DNA of 64,000 bases from a virus. Taxonomy: Duplodnaviria > Caudoviricetes. Numbering within the stretch: position 1 is the first letter of the stretch; every line of letters starts with the position of its first letter. The translations under genes were made by a program, and so were the position numbers. The notes beneath the pieces were generated by a model. It had not been told where the DNA came from. It searched no databases and saw only the letters and a program-made list of their open reading frames with translations. The DNA lies in the IMG/VR virus record IMGVR_UViG_3300020112_000942, positions 52,949-116,948 of that record; one strand, written 5' to 3'. Positions 34,254 to 46,915 of this stretch are shown here, piece after piece.

Positions 34254-34338
34254 ATCCTTATAGTAACAATTAAAGAAATCTACATAAATAGAGAGGAAAG
34301 ATATTTTTCTCTCTATTTTTTATTATGAGGTGATTAAA

Positions 34339-34500
34339 ATGACAGAAGATAAGAAAAAGGAAATCCTTAAGGCTTGTCATTATGGATATACCCACGATGT
34401 AATCGCATCCATTTGCGGTATTACAGAGGATGAAGTCCGTAAGGTCATCGAAGAAAACCCCGATTATATGAAAGAATTGGAGGCGAGAAAGTATGACTAA
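34339..34500 (+). CDS. Small HTH-like protein preceding the endolysin (53 aa)
   Basis: RBS GAGGTG; MTEDKKKEILKACHYGYTHDVIASICGITEDEVRKVI...; overlaps the lysin start. Confidence 0.65.
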   Translation: MTEDKKKEILKACHYGYTHDVIASICGITEDEVRKVIEENPDYMKELEARKYD

Positions 34501-35614
34501 AGGTATTGACGTTTCTGTTTGGAATGGAAACATAGATTGGAGCAAGGCGGCGAAGGAAGTAGATTTCGCAATTCTAAGAGCTGGCTTTGGTAAAGTAATG
34601 ACTCAGAAGGATGGTAAGTTCGAGGCTAATTACAGCGGCTGTAAAGCAAATGGCGTAAAGGTTGGTATCTATTGGTACAGCTACGCAAAGACTGTTGACG
34701 AGGCAAAGATTGAAGCAAGAACTTGTCTTGCAGTACTCGGCGGTAAGAAACTTGATATGCCTATCTGGTATGACATTGAGGAGAACTCAACATTTGCAAC
34801 TGGTAAAGCAAACGTTTCTGCAATTGCAGATGCTTTCTTAACTATCATTGCGGCTGCAGGATATAAAGTTGGTATCTATTCTTCCTATTCTGCTTTCCAA
34901 ACTTATTACACAGATGAAATGAAAAACAAATATGACATATGGCTCGCTCATGTCGGTAATGGCGGTGCACCACTTACACAAACATCATATCCAGGAAAGA
35001 AGGATATGTGGCAGTATTCTTGGAAAGGAAGAGTAGCTGGTATTAATGGTGACGTTGATATGGATTACTGCTATAAGGATTATTGGACAGCAGAGAAACC
35101 AGTTGAGCCTGCTAAGCCAGTAGAACCTGCTAAGCCAGTAGAGCCTGCTAAGCCAGTAACTCCTGCACCAGCAGAGACAAAAACAGACATTGATGTTATC
35201 TACGGTTCATTCATTGGTCGTTGGCTCGGTGAAATCAAGAACTGCAATGACACCAACTCAAATGGATATTCTGGTATTGAGAATACTCCTATTAGTGGCT
35301 TTACAGCTTATGCGTCTAAGGGTACTCTTAAATATCGTGTCCATGTTCGTGGCGGCAAGTGGCTTGGTTGGATGGAAAAGTCCAATAGAAATGACTGGTC
35401 ACACGGTATTGCAGGCATTAAAGGAAGAGCTATTGATGGTCTTCAGATGGAACTTGTCGGTGCTCCAGGATATAAGGTGCAGTATAGAGTTTCTGTTGTA
35501 GGAAACAGTGCATATCTCCCATGGGTAAGTAATTGGGATAATTCAAATAACGGCTATGCTGGTATCTACGGAACTTTAATCGACAAGATTCAGGTTAAAA
35601 TCGTAAAGGCATAA
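34493..35614 (+). CDS. GH25 muramidase endolysin with PAKPVE linker and C-terminal cell-binding region
   Basis: GIDVSVWNG, YDIEE, WQYS..G.V.GI.GDVDMD; C-terminal YRVHVRGGKWLGW repeats. Confidence 0.93.
   Translation: MTKGIDVSVWNGNIDWSKAAKEVDFAILRAGFGKVMTQKDGKFEANYSGCKANGVKVGIYWYSYAKTVDEAKIEARTCLAVLGGKKLDMPIWYDIEENSTFATGKANVSAIADAFLTIIAAAGYKVGIYSSYSAFQTYYTDEMKNKYDIWLAHVGNGGAPLTQTSYPGKKDMWQYSWKGRVAGINGDVDMDYCYKDYWTAEKPVEPAKPVEPAKPVEPAKPVTPAPAETKTDIDVIYGSFIGRWLGEIKNCNDTNSNGYSGIENTPISGFTAYASKGTLKYRVHVRGGKWLGWMEKSNRNDWSHGIAGIKGRAIDGLQMELVGAPGYKVQYRVSVVGNSAYLPWVSNWDNSNNGYAGIYGTLIDKIQVKIVKA
35094..35158 (+). repeat. 18-bp tandem repeat encoding the (PAKPVE)n linker
   Basis: cctgctaagccagtaga repeated about 3.5 times. 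Confidence 0.85.
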
Positions 35615-35621
35615 TTTATTA

Positions 35622-35658
35622 CGCCGCCATTCGATTGACGGGTGGCGGCACATTTTTT
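35622..35658 (+). terminator. Intrinsic terminator after the endolysin
   Basis: CGCCGCCA.../...GGTGGCGG stem followed by TTTTTT. Confidence 0.6.
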
Positions 35659-35673
35659 AAGTGAGGTGATAAT

Positions 35674-35979
35674 ATGGAAGTATTGTTACAACTTGTTGGA
35701 GCTTCTCCACTTGGTATCATTGTGGTTATGGCAGTGATTGTTTCAGTAATTACTCAGGTGTTGAAGAATATCCTACCAGAGAAACTTCGTACAAGAGTGC
35801 TTGTATTGTTTGTTTCTATCTTTGTTGTATTTGGATATTCATTTGCTACACTACCAATAACAGCTATGATGATTTTCAATAGTATTTGCTCCTCATTCAT
35901 AGTTGCTTTCATCTCTATGTTCGGATTTGATTCATTGAAGGACGTTATTAAGAGATGCGGAGGTGGAAAGAGTGAGTAA
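35674..35979 (+). CDS. Holin
   Basis: Three hydrophobic segments, VITQVLK, MFGFDSLK; adjacent to the endolysin. Confidence 0.75.
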   Translation: MEVLLQLVGASPLGIIVVMAVIVSVITQVLKNILPEKLRTRVLVLFVSIFVVFGYSFATLPITAMMIFNSICSSFIVAFISMFGFDSLKDVIKRCGGGKSE

Positions 35980-38962
35980 TGAAGAATACAAAAAGATTTT
36001 CTATGATGTAATTAGAGATATAATAACTGGAGATAACGGCACTTTGGCAAATTGTTTTGATGGTACTACGCTGGGTATCCTTGCAAAAAACAAAGATTTA
36101 ATGTGGCAAGTCTTTACTGAATTTATGTCAGATGAAGGAGACGAAACAAATTGTTTGGGACACTACGGAATTAGAGATAAAGATTTTAATGGTAAAGAAA
36201 CTGTAGCTAAATATATCGGAGATAGAATTAGTCTTGAAGGTATGAGTAAAGCAATTGATAAATATGAGAAACATTGGAATGAATCTTTTGCTTCTTTAGT
36301 GTCTTTATATAAAGATTTATATTTAAGCGATGGTGCCGCATAGATAGGAGATTCTGCATTTACCATAAAAGATGTTCTTAATTCCGATGCCGGATATTCT
36401 TTTTCTTCTGAAACAGAATGGACAAGACCAAATAAAAATATCAGTGGTCAAACATATTCACAGGTTCGTGCAAACGATAAGATAAAAAGAATATTAAATA
36501 ATAAAGCATTTATGCAATTTACACAAGGATAGAATATCAATGATGAAGTTGAACTTGGCAAGATAAAAGAACGACTTTGTCGTCTATTGATGCCAGAATA
36601 TCAAAGAACAGTTCAAATTGAAGACCTTGATAGAAACTTCTGGGTTATTGGCGGCATAATTGCAGGAATATGTGAATTCTTATTCGATGCAAATTCACCA
36701 TTAAATAAAATTTTTGATGGATTATTAGATGAAATAACCCAAATTTGGGAGAATTTATTCTATCTTTGGATGGGAGCAATAGTTTTAACTTGGAAGACTA
36801 ATTCAAGAGAACAGGGCTTGTTTGTTCCACTAAACAATGATGTTTTAAGACCATATAAAAAATTTGATAATTTCAATGATACTGATATAAGTAAGATGCT
36901 TTCTGATAATGAGTTGATATCATACGATGATACAGTGAATGTTTTAAAACGCTGTCATGAAAGATTATCTTACTTTGAAGATGTTTATAACGACAGCTCT
37001 CTTGCGATTATACCAGAAATTCGTTTGGGAAACTATCAGACAAATTATTATTCAAAAGCATATTACCCTGGAATTATAGTTGTATTAAGACAAACAAATA
37101 TTGCATCTGAATAGGACTACTATTCTACTTTTGAAGATTTATATAAGGCGGCAACATCAAGAGTTGATTATTATTATATACCATTTTCAGTTAGTGATAC
37201 GGCGGCCAAAGAAAATAAAGTTAGCCCAGTATTTGTTGATATGTGTTCAGAAAATAAATATGTAAGGATAGGTAAACATACCTCATCAAGATTTTGTGGT
37301 GTATATGAATTAGATAATAATTATTATTTATCTTGCCCATATAATAAATCAACAAGTGGTAAAGTAGCAAATGGATGTTATGTTGCTGGAGTCCGTACGG
37401 ATATTGAAAAGTTTAGTTTTAAAACATCAACCGCATTTGATAATAGATTTTCATTTGACTTGAAAATTAATTTTTATGATGTTGGTAGCGTATTGACAGA
37501 TAGTCATGCTGATGTAGTAACCAGCGTAGAAGGGGCATGGCATCAGTATAATGGTCAGATATTTGTTTTAGAATAGGAACAAATGAAACCCCATGTAGCC
37601 ACTGACACATTAGTAAAAATAACACGAGGAAATTATAGAGGCGAATATGCTTCATGGCAGTACATTGAAGAACCAGTTTTTGATATTACTATTAAAAAGA
37701 TATGGGCTGATGTTAATCCAGATGTTATGACGGATAAAGATAAGAAAATAACAATTTAGCTCATGGGGTCAAACGGTGTATCACAGGAACAAACTGTAGA
37801 ATATAAAAATAAAAATAGTGAAACTCTTTATTTCCAAAATCTTCGTGCATATACAGACAACGGTGAAGTCATTAAATATACGGTAAAAGAAACCGATACC
37901 ATTGGAACTGATTGGGTTGATACCTATGAAAACAGAGTAATCTCCTATGAATCTGCGGATAAAACAGCAAAAATTACAAATACATGGACAAAAATTAATT
38001 ATAATAGTGAAGTTGAAATAATAAACATGACGGATACATCTGCAAGTATTGATGCATTTGTTGCAAAAATTAATAGCGACGATGGGACTGGTTATAAACA
38101 TATTTGGAGAGACAAAGTTAAGACTGCCGCATCAAAATTATCAGATAATAGTGCAAAAGTATATTTTTCACATTTTAATCATCTTGATAATCTAAATCGT
38201 TCTATTTTTGAATGTACGCCATATGTTTCCTTAGCTATAAAATTAAAAAATAAAAACATTCGCTATTATCATTATGATGTAAAAGTGAGTGAAGGAGATA
38301 GTATTCACGGTAAGAGCGGTAATTTGGCGGCAATTCCATTTCCTTATATTAGTTCCGTGTTAGCTCGAAGCACGGATATAAGAGCTACTTATGATATGAA
38401 GTCTGCACAGCGTTCTACACTAAAACTTGCTCCTTATGACCCACGTGATAATTTTGATAAAAACCCAGCGATTCCACCGGCTACTTATGACGATGCCAAA
38501 AAGAAATATTATGTAGGCCCATTAGTTAATAATCCGGACTCTTGGAACCCTAACGCATACCCACTTGGCAATATAGTTGTTCGACCAAATAAATTAGATT
38601 TTACTGGTGGCACACCATATTTATATAACTTTATTATTTATGCGATAGACAGGGCATGTGCAGGAATTTCTATAAATGAATCTCCAGAGCGTTTGTTCCC
38701 TTATTATTATAAATGTGAAATAAAAACAGGCGGTGAGGCTACTGAAAATAAATTTGGAACAATAACAGCTACATATCAAGAGTTTAATAAAGAGGGAAAT
38801 AAGATATACTGGGCAGACAACAGGAAGGAGACATATTTGGTCGACTCAAAAGATGGAGCAATTCCTCTAATTTCTACTAATGCATATACAAAATTTGAGA
38901 ATGGAGATAAAGTTCGTGATTTTTGTGCATTAAGCCATATAATGATAAAGGAGGGAGAATGA
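35972..38962 (+). CDS. Paralog A of a tandem giant-protein family, about 996 aa, with an internal CnaB-type domain; 5 in-frame TAG
   Basis: Four track ORFs in one frame; TAG 36341, 36530, 37112, 37574, 37757; ends TGA; motif RLLMP...IEDLDRNFWVI. Confidence 0.85.
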
Positions 38963-38963
38963 T

Positions 38964-41900
38964 ATGGATAAAGACAATGAAATTCTTACTTCTGCTGTTA
39001 ATGAAAAAGCCGCTGAAGACAGTGGCCTTCAACGAGATGACATTGTTTATTTAAGCAAAGGATATGTTCTCAGTCATCAAGATGAGTTTAATGATTTTAA
39101 TAATGATTTACTAAAACTTATCCACGAACAAAACGAACCCTATAAGGCTGAAGAGCTTAGTGCCCAAGATAGAATAGCTGGATTTTTAAGCAAAACTATT
39201 GATTGGGAAACACTTGAAAATGCTACTTCTGGTGAAGACGTATTCTTTGATGGAGAAAAAGGTTTATATACATCAATGAAAGAATCTTTCCGTGACCTTT
39301 ATAGCGGCGCAAATAATGATTATAAGGCTTTTGATACAATGCCATATAATTGGGATGATGCGTATTGGAATAAAGCAATCTCAAAAATGATTCAAGACTT
39401 TTACCAAAAGATAGATATTGCTTAGGTGAAGGACTATGAAAAGTCAGGACTATTAATTGAGAACATTGATGAGGATGGTACGATTGATGTTGACCATCTT
39501 AGAGCATCAATAAAAACTTCTACTGGTATTGCATCATTAAGAATTATTGATATTTTTGATGCAGATGCAGGTAATAGTTTTGAAAGTGAGAATTATCTTT
39601 ATGAATACAATCCTTTTTATGAAAACGTAACATTTTCAATAGAAGGATAGCAGAAAGAAGATAAGGGGAAACAAAAAACATATACAATTAAAAATGGTTT
39701 ATTCACATAGGCTGCATCAAAAGTGTTATCATTAATTGACAACGGAGAACTAATCAAGGGTTTAGAGATTAAGAGAATTACAAGTTTACATGCAACACAA
39801 GAAGATAATTATTTAATTGGTGGAGGAGTAAGCAGCGAAGGAGACTTGGATATTGAAGATGATGTAAGCTACTATGTTTCTATTGAAAAAGATAGTAGCC
39901 AGCGTAAAATATTTAAAGTCGTTACCAATCCATGGGTTATACCTTGGTATAATGTTGATGCAGACACATATCGAAAAGTGAGAGGAGAAGACCTCGCTGT
40001 TAGTGCCGCCACAAATGATAAACAAATTGACTTCACAAAAGATGCAGATACAAAATGGATAAGACTATTAATGCCACGCAATAAACGCAAGGTTGAAGTA
40101 GAAGATTTGAATAGAAATTTTTGGGTAATTGGTCAATGTTTAAGTGGAATAACATCATATCTATTTGACCGAGAAAGTCCTCTTTCTCAGTTTATAAAAA
40201 GTGCTCTTGATGAGCTTGCAAAACTATGGGAAAATATATTATTCCTTTGGGCGGCGAATATGATATTATCACAAGATAAAACATATAATTATATACACAA
40301 AGAAATTATTATGTTGTCTCCTACTGATTACGGTTTTGATATGAAATATGATAATATTCAATCAATAGTTGCGTATAATTATTCCGAGATTTGGGATATA
40401 GATGATTCTAATCAAATCTGGAATGATTTTGTTGCTCAAATCAGTCAGCGTCTTGATTTTATGATAAATAAATATGCTGATAGTAGTTTGCTTATAGTGC
40501 CATGCATTAGAGGTAAAAACTATTAGAATAATTATTATGGAGAGCTTTGTATTCCAGGCGTATGGCATTATGATAAGAATGAAAAAAATCCACAATGGAA
40601 AGTGTATCCACTTGTCACTCAAAATGGTGGAGTATTTACTATTTCTGCGGAACAGTATATGGATAGAACTTATGGAATAAACGAACAAGAAGAGAACTAT
40701 AAATATATCTATCCGCTTTCAAATGCAGAAAGCGTAGGTTCATTAATTGATTCACGCTTCTATTGTCTTATTAGAGATAATATTTCTCTGACTTGGACTG
40801 ACGCAGAAAAAGAAATAAATATTTCTCTGCATGATGAAGGATATAGTCTTGTTAATGGAAAATAGGCAAGAAAAATTGATGAGATTAAATTTAAGTATAA
40901 TGACGCCGATAAAACATTTGAGTATGTCAATTCAAATTTTTCTTTCGATGACTCCACTCCAAAAAATGGTGCGGTACCTATAAAGAGTGGATTTTATCAG
41001 GGAGAGCTATTAAGCGATTACAAGAATGTATCAAGGGTACATTATAATATGCATATTCTCAGGACTGCTCCATTACATCCAACAGAATTGTCGGCGTCTG
41101 AGTATAAAGAGAAATATGTAACCCCAGAATATGCTACAGTTAGACAGCAGGACAAGGATATACTTAGTAAAATTATTGAGACATATCTTGAATACAATCG
41201 TACTGATAATTTCTGGGATGGAAGAGAACAATATTTTAATGAAGAGAGTTCAGCTTTTGGTGCTTCATATACTCATGATAACGGACGTATTAATGATGAA
41301 TGGAAATAGGGTCTTAGAAAAGATACACCTGTTAATGCTCAAGCTGGAGCGGCATTATCTTTTCCAACTATTGATGATTGGAAAAATAAAACCATAGAAT
41401 ATTACAATACTGTTAATAAAGATGGTCCACTAAATGAAGCTACATTAATTTTTATTGAAGGCACAAGGACATGTGCTTATTCATCATCACAAAGTGTTGA
41501 CAGACAAGGTACTGTTTATTATTTTCCATATTAGGAATCAAAAGATGATTCAAACGAAATGTCTTTGCCATTCCCTGTATCGGATACGACTTCGATTGAA
41601 CATACAAGTACCGGAGCAGTATTATCTGTTCCAAAGAAAAATGGTTCAAGAGTCTATTCATATTATGATAAACATGTTGATATAAATAAAGCAGACCCAT
41701 ATTATAATGATAAGTATGCAGCAGCATGCGTAATTAGTAGAACTGATGATGGCCTACATTATAAAGTTGCAAATGGAGTTGAAAAAAATCCACCGCTTGT
41801 AACAGATTTAGATACAATAAAGAATTTTAAAGTTAATGAACTCGTTACTTAGGGTAATCGTGGAGGACTTGGCTCAACACAATGGCTTGTTATGTTAAAA

Positions 41901-42761
41901 AATGGCGAAGACGAATTAACTGATGATAACTGGCGAATTGTAAAAGTTGATTATTCTTATCTTAGCGGAATGCATTTTACCAAGAGCGAGGATAGTTATG
42001 AACCAAATGGTAACTGGCAAGAAACAATGGGATATCACGCATACGCTCCGGTGGATCAAAGTGGCGTAGATGCATAGTTAGCTCGACTATATGGACATAA
42101 TTTAATAAAAGATTCACAAGATTTAACTTATGGTGAAATAGCAGAAAAGATAGCGGAAAAAATAACAGGATATGACGAAAACTGGTACTTACAGCAAGCT
42201 ATAAGGGCACAGAGTAATAGCTGTTGTGATTCTTGGTTCACAGAACAAAATAAATTATATAGCAATCTAAGTGCAAAATGGAAAGAGAAAGTTGAAACAG
42301 CAGTAGTTTCAGACTGGAATTAGCAGATATATGAAAACAGCGGAACTGGTAGCCATGGTCTTGAAGATACAGAAGGTAATTCTTTTACGGGTCGTGTATA
42401 TCTAAATTGGCTAACTATTACAATAGTAAGAGTATATGTATTTGGACCAAATGGTTTATATGCAAGAGGTTGTTATTTAAGAGGTTTCGATACGGAGACA
42501 CGAGATTTGTATTTTGATGGCTTTTCTGATGACAATGTTGGCGGAGTAACTGTTGATTCAACAAGAGAAGGATATTATGTAATATCAAATTCAATGCCAA
42601 ATTATAACTATGAAAAGTATAAAGTAAAAGGATGGCATAATGGAACTGCGGCATACTTTGATGAATTTATCAAGCATAGTGACAAACAATTTGATAAATA
42701 TAATGTTACTTGGGACCCAGAGTTAATAAAATGGGAAGACCCAGCTGAAAAGGAGGTGTAA
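38964..42761 (+). CDS. Paralog B, 1265 aa, 10 in-frame TAG
   Basis: Eight track ORFs in one frame; TAG 39423, 39648, 39708, 40524, 40863, 41307, 41532, 41850, 42075, 42321; ends TAA; RLLMP...VEDLNRNFWVI. Confidence 0.85.
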
Positions 42762-42764
42762 TGA

Positions 42765-45743
42765 ATGAGCTTACAAGAGGCTTTACAAAAACTTGTTGAC
42801 GATTATAAATTTGATGCAAGTACAGAGTATAAATTTTGGAAGACATTCCTTGATTTCTTTAACGAAATAAAAGCACCATTTTCTTTTAGTAGTGATGACA
42901 AAGAACTGGATGTAGTATTAAACTACATCCAGGAGCTTTGCGACATTAAGGATGAGGATTTTAAGTCTTAGCTTTATACTGCACTAAAGGATATGACTGA
43001 AGCTCCTCTCACTGATGAAACAATTTATTGGAATTAGTCTTTATAGGATTTAATTCTTTTTTTCAAAGAGAAAATGGAGGCTGTTGGTGAAGATACTGTT
43101 TTACTCCCAATTAACGGCGAATAGAATATAACCGTTCTTGACCTTAAAAATGCAAATGCTGGAAATAGTTTTTAGGGACATAGTCAGTATGTAACTCCAT
43201 GGATAAACCAAAATGAAAAAAGCTATGATGATGTAAGGAAAAAAGATGCCGTATTAACATCTCTTACTAAAGAAAACAAAACTTAGTTTACCTTATAGCA
43301 TCAAAGCATAGAGGCGGCCGCAAAATGGATTCGTTTACTAATGCCTCAATATGCAAAGACAGTTGAGATTGAAGATTTGGATAGAAATTTTTGGGTAATA
43401 TCACAATCAATATCTGCAATAAGTAATTATTTATTCGATGATGATGCGGCATTACCAAAGTTTTTAAAAGGAATTATCAGAGAATTGTCTGAACAATGGG
43501 AAAATTTAATGTATTTATGGATGTATACGGCGGCGAAACATCAGAAAGAGAGTGACAGTTTAAGAATTATTGTACTGCCATTAACTGGTATGCGTAATCG
43601 AATGGATAAGAGATATGATGATATAAATAAATTTTTAAGAAGTTATTTTAATCTTTCTAATCCAGATTTGGGTAGTAAATTGAATTATAAATTTGAATTT
43701 AAAAAAGATATATTTCAAGACTTCCAAGCTGAAGTCAAAGCTGAGTTAATGAATCATGTAGATGAATACTGCCAGGCAAATGTACTCTTTATCCCATATA
43801 TCCGCCTTGATAATTATAAGCATAACTATTACAAAGGTGAGTATTATCCGGGTGCATATTTGTATAAACAGTCTGCTGACGATAATGATAAGTGGAAATT
43901 TTATGAGTTTCAAGAAAGAATAGGAGAAAGTGACACTGGTATTCCGCTAATTATTTCTCCTTATTATGAATATGATAAAAGATTTTCTCAAAGAATTTAT
44001 GGAATAAATCAATTAAAGAATGGAAGATATACATGGGATTATCCATACGCAAGTACACATGAAATTATATCAGATGAAAAGATTCAATACCTTTATGGAG
44101 CATTGAGAACAACATTAACTGATAATGGCTCTACGTATGAAAAGAGGGTTTTCCATGGCAAGTTGTAGCTTCATATTGAAGATGTTGGTTCAACTCTTGT
44201 TAATGAGTGTAAAACTGACTTTGGATACTATGAATCAGACCATGATGAAGAAAAAGATATTATTTACTTTACTTTCAAAGATAATCCAGATGGCATAATA
44301 ACTCCAGACGATGATAAAAAGTATAAAATAAATCATAGAATATATACAAATTCATCTGAGTCATTCTATCTTGGTGAAGTATCATCTTCAAGACTTAAAA
44401 CAGTTTAGGAAACTACATCAGAGAATCTTTTTAGAGATGCCTCTTATGTAGTAAAAATAGGTAACTTTTTACCAAAGTCTGCAAATAATAACCCATCCAG
44501 ATTTAAGATGTCATCCGTTGTATACAATGAAAAGACAGGGGCTAGGTCATACACCTCTATGGCAGGTAATGTAACAACAACAGGAACAAACATACAGGCT
44601 CAAATTCCAGTATGCTATTATAGATTTCCTTGGGAACATTATGATGCAAGTAAGGATGGAGATACATCAACAACATTCACTCCAAAAACTGGAGAAATTT
44701 GCTATCGTGATGAGAATGGTTATGTATTTCCACAGATTAAAAAACTTGAATATTTATCTGAAGATAATTTAAGATACGACGGACTTGTTGCATCAAAAGC
44801 TTTAATTGCGTCTGACCCAGAAAAACAAAAACAGCCATGTTATATACTTTCAACACTTGGACTCTGTCCATGGGATAACGGTACCAATAGCAACAGTAAT
44901 GTATATTGGTCTGTTGCCGGCGTATGTCATTTATTTTTATATATTCCAAAATCAGATATATTTATTTCAAACGATAAGAAAATGTCTACTATCTGTGATA
45001 CAACAGAGTATGATATTGAGTACGATAAACACGAAGCTATTAAAGCCTCAAACTCTGATGAAACAGCCACACCTTCTGGTGTTTTACCAGATATTGATGG
45101 AACAATTTTAGACAAAGATGGAAAAGAAATTGGTAAAATAATTTTTGCTACAAAAATAGACAGATATGAAGGATATTTTTCACAGTTTGGACTTAGTGAT
45201 TCTGGTGTGTATCAATCTGGTGCATGGCGACAATTTTTTGTTTTCAACGACAGCGACAGTGGAAATGCGACAAATACTTGCGTACGTGTAGAGGCAAATG
45301 TTGGTATTGATGAGGACGATATTAGAGTAAGATATACTAATGTTAAGTTTTCTAAAGTATTTAATGGTTATGTTAAATATTATGATGCCAGATACAATCA
45401 GAATGAAGTAAAAGAAAAATTACCGAACGAAGAATCTTAGGTCTCTATAGCAAGAGTAAGAATAGATGACGGATATAGTTAGATAGAGCCTGGACAAATT
45501 GTAGCGTGCTCTCAGAAAAAAACTTTCGATAGTAGAATTGCTAATCCAAACAATCATAAATAGATATATGATATGTGTACGGGCTTTTAGTCAAAATATA
45601 ATGCTACCACTAAAGAATTGGAATATAATAGTTTTATGGATAAACCTGTGGAATAGTTTAAAGATAAAACTACGGGTCTTTTCTATGGTGCAACTGTTAA
45701 CTCTAATCAGTATCTTAGCGTTTATGTAGAACCAAGCAATTAA
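42765..45743 (+). CDS. Paralog C, 992 aa, 14 in-frame TAG
   Basis: One frame from ATG 42765 to TAA 45741-45743, broken only by TAGs; RLLMP...IEDLDRNFWVI. Confidence 0.85.
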
Positions 45744-45747
45744 TCTA

Positions 45748-45776
45748 TTGACTTTTTCTGAAAATTATGATATACT
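45748..45776 (+). promoter_or_regulatory. SigA-type promoter
   Basis: TTGACT-17-TATACT, extended TG. Confidence 0.75.
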
Positions 45777-45808
45777 TATATTAGTTCAGGAAAAGGAGGA
45801 CTATTAAA

Positions 45809-46906
45809 ATGGAATACAACGTAAGACAAAAGAACCTTATAAAAGCAAATGATAAAAACATTCTTTGTCTTGCTTGTGCGGCGTCAGGTAAAACTCGTAC
45901 TCTCGTAGCACGTGTTGACAGACTTTTGGATGAGGGTGTAAAGCCCTCCTCCATTGTCGCTTTTACCTTTACCAATCAGGCGGCAGATGAAATGAAGAAG
46001 CGTCTTGGTGAGAGAGGTAGAGATGTATTTATTGGTACTGTCCATTCCTATGCAAATAAGATTTGTAACATTGGTGGAATTGATACCGTAAACTATATCG
46101 TAGATGAACGCTTCGATAAAATTATTGAGAAAGCTCTCACAGTATCTTTGGATAAATTTCCTTGTGTAAACCATTTGTTTGTCGATGAGTTCCAGGACAC
46201 CGATAGTCTACAATATAAATTCATTTGTAGAATCCCGGCGGTAAATCGCTTTTATGTCGGTGATGAAAGACAGTTTATCTATTCTTTCAGAGGAGCAAGT
46301 GATAAATTCATTCGTACTCTTGCGACAGACAATAACTTTAAGAAATACGGACTTGTTGAGAACTATCGTAATCCACCTAACATATTAAAATTTGCTGACG
46401 CATTTCTTAATTCAATGCCAAAGATTTCTGCATCTGCAATTGCAGTACAAACAAAGGACGGATTCCTTGATGACAGTTGTACATTTAAGGATGCGGCGGA
46501 AGAAATGACATGGACTACAGATTGGACTGGTTGGACAGTTCTTTGTAGAACCAATAGCGAAATTGAAGAGGCTCAGAAATATCTCAATTCCATTGATATT
46601 CCAAATGTAATTGTTAAGCGTGGAGACCTTGACCTTGAACAGCAAGGACAGTTACTCAGCCAGAACAGAGTTAAGATTATGACAATCCACTCTGCGAAGG
46701 GATTAGAGTTTGACCATGTTGTTGTTACTGGCGGCAAAACATTTTATGAAGAGGAAAGACGTATCTGTTACGTTGCGGCGACTCGTGCTATGAAATCTCT
46801 TTATTGGTGTCCATCAATTGCCCCATACAGAGGTAAGGCAAAAGGCAGAAATCATCTTGCAGGTAATGTATTCTCAAAGACAGGCACAAAGTCTATCCAA
46901 TTCTGA
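45809..46906 (+). CDS. Compact UvrD/Rep-family SF1 helicase
   Basis: ACAASGKT, FTFTNQAA, VDEFQD, GDERQFIYSFRGA, ENYR, TIHSAKGLEF, YVAATRA. Confidence 0.9.
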   Translation: MEYNVRQKNLIKANDKNILCLACAASGKTRTLVARVDRLLDEGVKPSSIVAFTFTNQAADEMKKRLGERGRDVFIGTVHSYANKICNIGGIDTVNYIVDERFDKIIEKALTVSLDKFPCVNHLFVDEFQDTDSLQYKFICRIPAVNRFYVGDERQFIYSFRGASDKFIRTLATDNNFKKYGLVENYRNPPNILKFADAFLNSMPKISASAIAVQTKDGFLDDSCTFKDAAEEMTWTTDWTGWTVLCRTNSEIEEAQKYLNSIDIPNVIVKRGDLDLEQQGQLLSQNRVKIMTIHSAKGLEFDHVVVTGGKTFYEEERRICYVAATRAMKSLYWCPSIAPYRGKAKGRNHLAGNVFSKTGTKSIQF

Positions 46907-46915
46907 GGTGTTAAA

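Noticed and set aside
29790-45743. Fragmented ORFs read as pseudogenes, a decayed prophage or sequencing errors
   Set aside because: All breaks are in-frame TAG with no frameshifts and no TAA or TGA, and conserved motifs run across them. Decay would not be codon-specific.
35972-45743. Diversity-generating retroelement or invertase shufflon acting on the paralog C-termini
   Set aside because: No reverse transcriptase, recombinase or near-identical TR/VR nucleotide repeats seen in the window.
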